From Eledone cirrhosa (taxonomy: Eukaryota), in assembly GCA_964016885.1 (NCBI GenBank), contig OZ024743.1, positions 12,400,001 through 12,464,000 on the forward strand: DNA of 64,000 nucleotides, in the 5' to 3' direction. Every line of letters starts with the position of its first letter. Positions within the stretch are counted from its first letter, which is position 1. Shown piece by piece: positions 53,765 to 64,000 of the stretch. The notes under the pieces are model-generated. The model was not told where the DNA came from. It did no database searches and saw only the letters and a list, made by a program, of their open reading frames with translations. Made by a program: the position numbers and the translations under genes.

Positions 53765-54150
53765 ACATTTATAAAATATCTGCAATATTTCTACACGAGA
53801 TATTTGAGAATATCTTGATAAAACTGTTGATCATCAAATGATATCAACACCACCACTGTAATTTACAAACTATTCAAATATTCTCAAATATCTTAATACG
53901 ATATCTAAATATGTCTCAATGAGATTGTTGACATCAAGGGATATCAATACCACCATTCTAATTTGAAAAGTATTCAAATATTCTTAAATATTTTAATGAG
54001 ATATCTAAGGATGTTTAAATAGAAATGTTGATATCAAATGATATTAATGCTACTATTCTAATTTATAAAATATTCAAATATTCCCAAACATCTGAGAATA
54101 TCTTAATGAGAAATCTGAAGATGTCTTAATGCAATTATTGATATCAAGTG
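53765..54150. repeat. About 100-bp tandem repeat, about 4 degenerate units
   Basis: TAATTT anchors at 53859, 53959 and 54059. Confidence 0.8.
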
Positions 54151-54619
54151 CGGCATCTTTTTCCAAGTCTATTTTGTCACATTCATTAAATCCAAGCAGT
54201 ACCTGTCAGATTGTTGGAGCTGTAAGAACAAATTAACAAAGTTTTTCAACTCCACTTCAATTGGCTACTCTCACACAATCCCAGTGAGGATTTCTATCAT
54301 AGGTACAAGGACATAAATTTGGGGAGAGTAAAGTAGACAATCATGATGATGATGATGATCATCATCATCATCATTTAATGTCTATTTTCCACGCTAGCAT
54401 AGGTTAGACGGGTTTATCCCATTAGAGACAAGTTGGGTTGGGTGACCATGTCTCACTCATATAGGACTATTTCTGGTTGGTTTTCTACAGCTGGATGCCC
54501 TTCCTAATGCCAACCACATTTACAGTGTGTGCTGGGAGCTTTTTGCCGTGTCTCCTACACAACCACTTTACAGTGTGGGCTGGATGTTTTTGTGATACCA
54601 ACATAACTTTACAGAGTGA

Positions 54620-54697
54620 GGGTGGTGTGGGTAGAGGTGGGAGGGTGGTGTGGGTAGAGGTGGGAGGGTGGTGTGGGTAGAGGTGGGAGGGTGGTGC
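54620..54697. repeat. 23-bp G-rich minisatellite
   Basis: GAGGGTGGTGTGGGTAGAGGTGG x3. Confidence 0.9.
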
Positions 54698-55724
54698 AGG
54701 TGGTGTTATATAAACTCCAATATTTGACTGGTACTTATTTTACTGTTCCGGGAATAATGAAGAACAAAATCAACCCCTATTGGTATTCTTAACTCAGAAC
54801 ATAAAAGATTTTAATTATATAGCACTTGCCATTTTGTCTAGTGCTCTACTGATTCCGCCAAACAACCACTGTTGCAATAAACATTTCTGAAACGGGTACA
54901 AATCTACAACTTTCCTACTAATTGTTCTCAGTACACTCTGTAAAGTGGTTGGTATAGGAAGAGCATCCAGGCATAGAAAACAAAGGGCCAATAAATCTCT
55001 TAAGCTATGCCAAAGACATGACAATCTCCCTAGTGTTGGTGCCATGATAAAATGCACTTGGTAAAGCACAGGATCATATGATAGGTCCCCAACCCATCTG
55101 GAGATTAGAGGCTTCACTTGAGTACTGACCAGGCTGTGTCAACATGTCCAACACTTACTGGCAGGGAAGATAGACAGTAAATGATGATGATGATGATGGT
55201 GATAAAGATGATTATGATGACTGTTACGTTGTTTCATCAGCCATAGAATAATAATTTCTACTTTAGGCACAAGGCCAGCAATTTTTGGTAAAACAAAGTT
55301 GATTAAATCAACACAAACTTTAAGGTTGCTCTATATGCTAAAAATAACAGTCAAATGTACATCAATTCAAACCCCACCAACCTTAATCACAGAAGCATTT
55401 AGTAGATGATGTAATCTTACATACCAGGATGATCATGGCTTGAATGCTGTTGATGTTAGATTTGCACAATGAAGATTGACTTGGGATTAAATAACAATTT
55501 CTAAGTTTGGCTTAAGGCCAGCAATTTGTGAGGAGGGAATCATCTCCAGTACTTTACTGGTATTATATTTTATCAATCACAGAAGGATGAAAGGCAAAGT
55601 TGACCTTGGTGGTATTTGAACTCAGAATGTAAAGGGTTGTAACTAAATGCCACAAAACAATTTGTCCAATTCTCTAATGATTCTGCCAATCCACTACTCT
55701 CCTAGGAGCTAAATAACAACAAAA

Positions 55725-55920
55725 TAATAATTGTTTCTACTTTTTGGCACAAAGCCAGCAATTATCTCAGTGCATTACTGGTACTTTATTTTATCGACTG
55801 CATAAGGATGAAAGGCAAAGTTAACCTTGGCGGGATTTGAACTCAGACCGTAAAGGGCCGTAACTCTATGCAGCAAAGCATGGCGTCCAACCCTCTACTG
55901 ATACTGCCAATCCACCGCCC
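55725..55920 (-). mobile_element. Family A SINE (in a cluster spanning about 55490-56220)
   Basis: Reverse-complement copy with further degenerate copies on both sides. Confidence 0.85.
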
Positions 55921-57237
55921 TAACATTGGCACAATAAAACACATTATGAGGAAAGGGAACAATGAATTAGATTAGCCCCAGTAGTTGACTGGTACTTATT
56001 TTATTGATCCCAGGAGGTCTATGATAAAGTTAGCCATAGCAAAATTTGAACTCAGTATATAAAAAGTTATAACAAAAAATTACAAGGAAACAATTAATTA
56101 AATTAATACCAGTAATTGACTGGTAATTTATTTCATTGACTCTGGAAAGATGAAAGATGGAGTTGACCTCATTGAGTTTATACTCAGAATATAAAATTAT
56201 GTAACTAAAAACTACAAGACGTTTTGTTCGATGCTCTAACATTTTTACCAAACCACTATCCTGACTTGTGGTACCTGGGCTCACAAATGCAACACCGCAA
56301 AAGTTTACCTCTAGCTCTACAATACTCCACAATGAAAATATAAAAATATGAGTGTCATCATTTATATCCATTCATGCATGTTGGATGAAGATCACAGCTT
56401 ATCCCAGTTGCATAGGGCATTACAGGATTGGGAGTACACGACTGCCTTTTGGACAGGATGTCATTCCATTGCAGTGCTAGTGCAAGGCTACTACTGTTGA
56501 TGCTCATGAAATGAAGTACCTTGTTCAAGAACACAATGTGCCACCTAGCCTGGAAATTGAACCAAAGGCCTTATCATCATAAACTAAACAACCTAGCTAT
56601 ATGCCTTCACATAAAAACAGTTTAATGTAATTTGGCTTTATGCAGATGATCTACCCTTATAGCTGAATTTATGGCAGAATTAGAGAAAAAATTACAAATC
56701 TGGAAGCATGGCCTAGAATCGAAAGATCTTAAAGTTAACTTATCAAAGTATGTAGAAAGGAAAACAGGGCCCAGATTCCCTCAGGGAAATCACCTTGCTC
56801 ATTGTTCAGGAAAGGACTTGGTGTATATATATATAGTCCCTAAGGGACTTAACACTATTTTTATAAACTATTTTATAGCAATTGTCTGTATTTGCAGTTA
56901 TTTTCTGTGCTTGAGCATTCATCTTCTATAAATTTATTCCCTCAGCATTTTGTAAGTTTAAAAGTTCAATCTTCACACACAATGTTTATTTACATTCTTA
57001 AAAGCTGTTTCATTCAGCTCTTTAATTTAGATGGTGTTGTCAGAGACCCCTTAGCTCAATGGCTACAGCATTCAGCCAATATCTGAGAAATACGAGGTTT
57101 GATCCCTCATAGCGGCCACTGGAAACTTCTTTTTCCATCTCTAAGGGTGATTAACCTATTTTTATAAGCTATTTTATAGCAACTGACTATACTTACAATT
57201 ATTTTCTGCACTTGAGTATCTTACATCTTTATATATA

Positions 57238-58239
57238 CTAGCCGAATTACCAGCGCCTTGCTGCATTTCACACATTTCTTTTGTAAGAAAATGATGATTG
57301 ATTTTAAATCAGTGATATAATTTATGGAGAAAAACTCTGCATTTCAATATTACTCCATGTAAAATGTAATGCATGAAAAATTGGAAAACATTATTTTTTG
57401 TAATATATCAAATCAAAATTACATTATTAAATCTTATTCTTATTTTGTTTCTTGCAAATGATTTTTTTCAAAATATCAATTCAAAACTTGATTATTTATT
57501 TTTTGTGTAAAGCATTATTTTATTTTCAAATTAGGAATTCAAAGTTTAATTATTTATTTTTTAACATAATAAATACATGAAAATATATTTCATACTTTGT
57601 CCTAATGAAGAACTTCAAGGTAAACAACATTTCTTGTCTTTCTTTGATAGCTAAAATGTTTTGAAGTTCCAGTCCTTGAAACAGCCACATAAAACATGCC
57701 ACGACTTAAACATGGGTTTGTCAGATCTATACCAATAGTTTTGAAAGCTTGACCTTGACTCTTATTGATGTTCATGGCAAAGCATGGCCTCACTGCGAAC
57801 TGCAGCCTCTTAAATGTAAAAGGCAACTCACTATCACTTGGTATAAGTCGAATCCTCGGAATGAGATGAGCGTGACCTTTGTAAGCCCTGAATATAATGG
57901 TTGCTTCAATCTTGTTACAACACATTGCAATCTTGTTACAACACATCTTGTTCCATTTATTGGCCAACATTTTCACCCATTAGGGTGTCTTAATATTATT
58001 GAAATTTACTGAAATTTTGTGAATAGGCATCATATCTTCTCATTTACCTATGGTTTAAATTTCATATAAATCGAAGGGAAAGAATTTTCAGCAGGGTTTG
58101 TGCTGCCGGGGAACTATTTGATTAAAATGAAATATACTTATCCAAGTACCCTGGGCAATGTAGTTTCAGAATATAGATGGTTATGGGGATCTATCTCCAA
58201 AACCATAGGAGTTCGTAAACAAAGAAACAGACAGGAACT

Positions 58240-58245
<6 letters not shown>
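57238..58245 (-). mobile_element. Internally deleted Helitron with Pif1 helicase C-terminal fragment
   Basis: ORF 57602-57976 (IPRI.LIPSD..PF.FKRLQF...FAM.INKSQGQ..G.FYVA.SR); subterminal hairpin then CTAG|T at 57238-57241; 5' boundary less certain. Confidence 0.85.
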
Positions 58246-58306
<61 letters not shown>

Positions 58307-58375
58307 GAATAATCGAGTATCGGAAAATCAGCTCACGAATTTACGATGAACAAATCCGACATGAGTGGCAGAGGG

Positions 58376-58409
<34 letters not shown>

Positions 58410-58416
<7 letters not shown>

Positions 58417-61248
58417 ACTTCAAAAAACGAGACAATCACTTGATCACCTACAGATCAGGGGAACATACCAGCCAGGTAGATTATATCCTTACCAGAAGAC
58501 GTGACAAAGTGACTGTTGTAAACACTAAATCCCTCCCCCATGAAGAATGCACCTCCCAACATAGACTGATAATTAGCGACCTAATAGTCAGGACGAGACG
58601 TACTAGACAACAGAAGAGGACTATCCTCAGGAGAAAAATATGGAAGCTAAAGGACCCCACAGCCAAAAATAAATTCCAAAGCATATTACTTGATGCTTTC
58701 GACAGTAAGGAAGAGCAATTAGAGTCGTACAAGGTAGAGGAACAGTGGGAATTCCTGAAAGCAAACCTGCTGACGGCGACAGACGAAGTCTGTGGCTGGA
58801 GCAGGCCTGTAGGCAGGAGGAGAGTAACATGGTGGTGGAACAGTAAGGTGGAGGGGTCAATTAAGGCCAAAAAGCAGGCTTGGAAAGTATGGCAGGATGG
58901 GGGAAGCAGAGAAGACTATCAAGTGGCCAGGAGGGAAGCTAGGAGACAAGTGTACTTCGCAAGAAGGGAAGCAGAGGAAAGAAAGTTCAAGCATGTTCTA
59001 CAACGCGAGGACCAAAAACGTGAGGTGTTCAGGATTGCTAGGCAATGTGTCAAGGAAAACCGCGATATTGTCGGGGAGAAGTGTGTACTTAATGATGATG
59101 GCGTACTTGCCATCACTGACGCCGATTGTACTTAACGATGACGGCGTACTTGCCATCACCGACGCCGATAAGAAGGTAGCTTGGAAGTGTCACTACGAAA
59201 GGCTACTAAATGAGGAGAATAAATGGGAGAAAGACAGTCTCCCCCACATCGACCCAATAGAGGGACCAGCAGTGTTAGTCGAAGGTAGTATAATAAGTAA
59301 GGCAATCAAAGATATGAAGACGAGTAAGGCGGCTGCGCCTTCGGAAATAGTTGCTGAGATGCTGAAAGCCTCTGGAACGGTGGGACACACCATGGTCACC
59401 CGGATAGTAAACCAAGTCATACAGAATGGGGTTGTTCCGAAGGACTGGCGTAGCAGCATCATCATTAACTGTTACAAGGGTAAAGGAGATGCCCTAGATA
59501 GGAGTAACTATGAGGCATTAAATTAATCGACCAGGTCATGAAGGTCACGGAAAAAGTAATAGCGCAACTAATCAGAGAGAGAATTGATCTAGATAAAATG
59601 CAGTTCGGGTTTGTGTCAGGCAAAAGTACCACAGACGCTCTTTTCATTGTACAACAACTACAGGAGAAGTACCTAGCTAAAAGTAAACCCCTATACTTAG
59701 CTTTTGTCGACTTGGAGAAAGCCTCCGACAGAGTCCCCCGTTCCATTATCTGGTGGGCTCTTAGAAAACTAGGTGTTGACGAATGGCTTGTGAGAGCTAT
59801 ACAAGCCATGTATAAAGAAACAGTCAGCAAGGTTAGAATTAACAACGAATATAGTGAAGAGTTTAGCATAAAAGTTGGTGTTCATCAGGGCTCTGTTCTT
59901 AGCCCCCTACTATTTATTATTGCCCTTCAGGCTATAACAGTGGAGTTCAAGACCGGCTGCCCATGGGAACTCCTATACGCAGATGATCTAACGCTCATAG
60001 CTGAATCAATGGCCGAGCTAGAGAAGAAATTCCAAACATGGAAGCATGGCCTAGAATCAAAAGGCCTTAAAATTAACCTGGCTAAGACTAAAGTTCTAGT
60101 TTGTAGGAAAGAAAATAAGGCGGCGGTCCCCTCCGGGAAGTGGCCATGCGCAGAGTGTAGGAAAGGCGTAGGTAGAAACTCCATTTTGTGCCCCAAATGC
60201 AAAGTTTGGGTGCATAAAAGATGTAGTGGTATCACAGGTAAGCTAACTAAGAACATAGATTTTACATGTGGCCGGTGTTCTGGGGCAATAAGTAGCAGCA
60301 AGTGCCCACAAAATACTAGCTCTTTCAATTGCGCAGAGGGTTCTATAGAAATAGTGGACAGCTTCCGTTACCTGGGTGACAAAATCAGCAGTGGGGGAGG
60401 GTGCTCTGAAAGTACAGTAGCTAGAGTCAGAACGGGATGGAAAAAGTTCAGAGAGCTTATACCACTATTAGCCGCTAAAGGGTTCTCCCTAAAAATGAAA
60501 GGCAGGTTGTACGATGCCTGCATACGAACAGCAATGTTGCATGGCAGTGAGACCTAGGCATTGTGTGCAGAGGATATACGCAGACTAGAGAGGAACGAAG
60601 CTTGCATGCTCCGCTGGATGTGTAATAGTAATATACGTGAACGCAAAGCATAAACGAACTAAGGAAAAAATTAGAAATAAGAGGGATCAGATGTTGTTTA
60701 CTCGAGAGAAGGCTATGTTGGTATGGTCACGTGATGCGCATGAAAGACAACAGCTGTATAACAAAGTGCAGGGCAATAAAGATAGACGGTAGCCACGGAG
60801 TAGGCAGACCCAGAAAAACCTGGGACGACCTGATAAATTCCGACCTCACACACTTACACCTCTCCAAGACAATGTCACTGGACCGAGATCTTTGGCGGTA
60901 CTCAGTAATAGAGAAGACCCGCCTTACCTAAATACAAAGTAAAACCTACTACAGTCAGTAGGCATCTTTAACAAAATACACCGCCGTCCCACCACCCCCA
61001 CCTCATCCACACCGCCCCTTTCAATGTAAAGTTATGTTGGTGCCACAACATCCAGGCCGAAACAAATGAGATCGTGTAGGTGTCACGACAAAAAAACACA
61101 CAGTCCACACTGTAATGTGGCCGTGTAGGCAACACGGTAAAAACCTCCCAGCCCCACACTGTAAATGTGGTTGGTGTTAGGAAGGGCATCCAGCTGTAGA
61201 AAACCCACCAGACAGTCCTATGCGAGCAAGACAACCACTCTTGCCTCA
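58410..61248 (+). mobile_element. 5'-truncated RTE LINE (APE C-terminus, RT, PHD-like finger, 3'UTR)
   Basis: SQVDYIL..SQHRL; GVHQGSVLSPLLF; LLYADDL; 43-bp duplication, frameshifts near 59510 and 60645, stop at 60555; inserted after (TA)n. Confidence 0.95.
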
Positions 61249-61289
61249 AGATAGATAGATATGTATGTATAAACAGAATTTAGAATACA

Positions 61290-62175
61290 AACGTCTAAGA
61301 GTAAACTTAGCCAAAACTAAAGTGCTAGTAAGCAGGAAAGAAGGTAGGACCTTGATTCCTTCAGAGAAGTGGCCCTACTCAATATGAAGGAAAGGAGTAG
61401 GAATAAAGTATACGATGTACATAATGTAAATCTTGGATACATAAAAGATGTAGTGGGATAACAGGTAGACAAACTGGAAGGGAAGACTCTGTATGTAGAA
61501 GAAGCACGGGGGTAATTGACAGGAAGAGCATCAGTGCTATAACCCTTTTTCAAGCACATGAAGGATCTATAGAAGTGGTTGATAGCTTCTGTTATCTAGG
61601 TGACCTAAATACCAGCAGAGGAGGGTTCTTAATAGCTAGAATAAAGATAGGATGGGATATGTTTAGGAAGCTATTCCCATTGTTGACAACAAAAGGTTTC
61701 TCCTTACATACAAAAGGACTGCTATATGACGCCTGTGTGTGCAGTGTGATGCTGTATGTTAGTGAAACATGGGCAGTGACTGCAGAGGACATGTGTAGAC
61801 TGGAGAGAAATGAAGCAAACATTATTCGTTGGATCTGCAATGTAAATGTGACAGAAAGGCAGAGCTTGGACATACTGAGGAATAAACTGGGTTTAAGAGA
61901 AATCCGAAATCGTGTGCAAGAGAAAAGATTTGGTATGGTCATGTGATACATATAGATGATGTCCACTGGATGAAGAAGTGCCAGGTAATCCCAGTGGAAG
62001 GAAGCCACAGTAGAGGTAGACCAAGGAAGACCTTGACAGGGGTGGTGAGAGCTGATCTCAAATCACTGAGACTCACAGAGGAGATGACTGTGCTGAAAAG
62101 AACTCGTCAAACCCATGCAAGCGTGGAAAAAAATGAACATAAAAATTATAATGCTGATAATGATGATGATGATGA
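61290..62175 (+). mobile_element. Older RTE LINE 3' fragment
   Basis: VDSFCYLGD..LLYDACV..SETW..GRPRKT; (GAT)n tail. Confidence 0.88.
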
Positions 62176-62523
62176 TATATTATATATGAGCAATTTCAGA
62201 AATAGGTTTTTCACTTTGCTTAGGTTGAACTTGTACAATTTTCAACAATGTAGTCCTGAATATATAAGTTGGAATGGTCACAGTTAGAACGTATTTTATT
62301 ATTGATGCACCCATTCAGAGTTGAATTGAGGTTAAACAACAACACCCTTTTTCAGTAACCGTAAACCAATTATTACAACTGCAGATAAATAAAGCATTAA
62401 TATATTCCAAGGGAAAGAACTCTAGAAGAAAAGAGGATAATCTATAACTGAATTCGATTTCAAGCCAAATGTTTCCTTTTATTTCATTTATTTATTTGTT
62501 AAATATTTTAACTACCTTTTCCG

Positions 62524-62579
<56 letters not shown>

Positions 62580-62716
62580 CAGTAGAAGGGATATTTAATT
62601 TGTTGGTAATTCAACAAATATAAATGTTTATAACTGATTAAGAGCACTCGACAGGATTCTGGAGTAAATATTCAATGATATTAAATAAATGGAAACTATA
62701 TTTATAAAACCATATT

Positions 62717-62778
62717 TATTCTATTATATATATTTCAAGGGTACCAAAAATGTTGGTACGCTTTCATCAGATAAAATA
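62717..62778 (-). ncRNA. Minimal type I hammerhead ribozyme (left arm)
   Basis: Reverse complement of 62915-62976. Confidence 0.75.
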
Positions 62779-62914
62779 CAAAGTATGTTTTATAAATGTT
62801 GACATAGCCAAGGAAACATACCTTATCAGTTGAATTTTCCTTGGATAGTCCAAGGAAAATTCAACTGATAAGGTATGTTCCTTGGCTATGTCAAAATTTA
62901 TAAAACATACTTTG

Positions 62915-62976
62915 TATTTTATCTGATGAAAGCGTACCAAAATTTTTGGTACCCTTGAAATATATATAATAGAATA
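62915..62976 (+). ncRNA. Minimal type I hammerhead ribozyme (right arm)
   Basis: TATTTTAT-CTGATGA-AAGCGTACCAAAATTTTTGGTACCCTT-GAAA-TATATA-T-A-ATAGAATA; predicted cleavage after A62968. Confidence 0.78.
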
Positions 62977-63536
62977 AATATGGTTTTATAAATATAGTTT
63001 CCATTTATTTAATATTGTATATATATATATATATTATATAGTTCAAAATGACAAACAAACAAACGCAGGAGTCAATGGTACAAAGTGTTATTAGCTTCAC
63101 GCTTGGTGAGAATGGGTGATATATATATATATGATTAGTTACATCAGTAACATGTACAGGTACTTAAGTTTTGCTGGGTTATACACACCAACTATATAAA
63201 ACTGTGATAACTTTTATAGGTTTCAGCCAGCGTTGGCTCAGGAAATGTCTAACTTAATAGCACCACCTGTCTTTCAGATTATGGGTTCACAACCTAGTCA
63301 TGTTTTGAGCACCGTGGCCCACTTTCGTAAAGAGTTGTTGTTTTTGGAGACATGTCCGGCTGCATGCCATTTATCTGGGATTTCTTGGAGGAATTTGAGC
63401 AAGGAACTTTTGAATTTTATGGAATCTGTTTCTGTCTTGATATATTTTAGTATGATATTAAAGAGAGCGGGACCAGTTGAGGTGAAATTGTTGTGTCATA
63501 TCATTTCTTTGAGATGGGAGTTCGATTTTGTAGTGG

Positions 63537-63800
63537 TCAGATAGCACAGGGAGAAAGCCTTGGACCATATTGATGGAATATATTCCACATCATATAGATG
63601 ATGTAGCACTCACGGCAGAACTGGAGAGAGTAGAGTTTGAGTTTTTCTAATTGACCCCAATAGTCCAGGCCTGTCATACCACCTATCGTTTTTGTAATGG
63701 ACTGCCGAGATGCTTCAATTTTCATACTGTTTCGTGTGAGGAGACCACAGTGTACAACAGTATTTAAGGTGGGGCCAGGCAAAGGTAGAGTAGAGTAGAG
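63537..63800 (-). mobile_element. CR1-like LINE remnant
   Basis: GMTGLDYWGQLEKLKLYSLQ..RE.YIIY.MW.I motif. Confidence 0.7.
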
Positions 63801-64000
63801 TAGGCATGAATTTCTCTAGACCAAAAAGTTCTGAGAATCCAGGAAGACATCCAGCAAGCCAAGACAATTTTGTTGTATAGGTGAGTAATCCAGCTTAAGT
63901 AGTTGTCGTAGACGTAGCCCTACCAAATGACATGAATATTGCGAGTAAAGAGGCTGAAAAAATGACCAAGAACTCAAAATTGAAAGTGGAGATAGCAAGA

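Larger units (their letters stand above)
62580..63015 (-). mobile_element. Second fold-back PLE-like element, same family as 50878-51357
   Basis: Palindrome 62678-63015 centred at about 62847; tail 62580-62677 similar to the reverse complement of 51268-51357; (TA)n flanks. Confidence 0.8.

Noticed and set aside
53765-54150. CRISPR-like array
   Set aside because: Eukaryotic intron, degenerate whole-unit repeats with no unique spacers, and no cas genes.
54203-54219. Possible 17-nt upstream micro-exon (ttcttacag...gtactg, minus strand)
   Set aside because: The frame needed to join exon 53348-53392 contains TGA, and no bridging exon was found.
54620-54697. G-quadruplex regulatory element
   Set aside because: It is a local expansion within an RTE 3'UTR copy, with no evidence of function.
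35665-63015. Functional link between PLE relics (telomerase-related RT) and the TEP1 host gene
   Set aside because: Nothing in the sequence supports it; co-location is explained by large TA-rich introns.

Overview
Eukaryotic, AT-rich, repeat-dense genomic DNA. The SINE/RTE repertoire and microsatellite load suggest a coleoid cephalopod (octopus-like); this is an inference. The window is mostly introns of one minus-strand gene, which I assembled by hand: 19 GT-AG exons (53392 to 3752; 2594 nt, about 864 codons, continuous frame). They encode the central part of a TEP1-like protein (telomerase/vault component): post-TROVE region, DUF4062, NACHT NTPase and downstream helical region. The 5' (TROVE) and 3' (WD40) exons were not found in the window. 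The introns contain RTE, CR1-like and RNase H-bearing LINE fragments, two tRNA-derived SINE families, a DD37D (maT) Tc1/mariner element, a deleted mariner, piggyBac-type MITEs, a deleted Helitron and Penelope-like element (PLE) relics. The most notable signal is a set of small, often (TA)n-embedded fold-back elements carrying minimal type I hammerhead ribozymes. Three of these loci share a TATATA loop III and a C.C mismatch at the same position of stem II.
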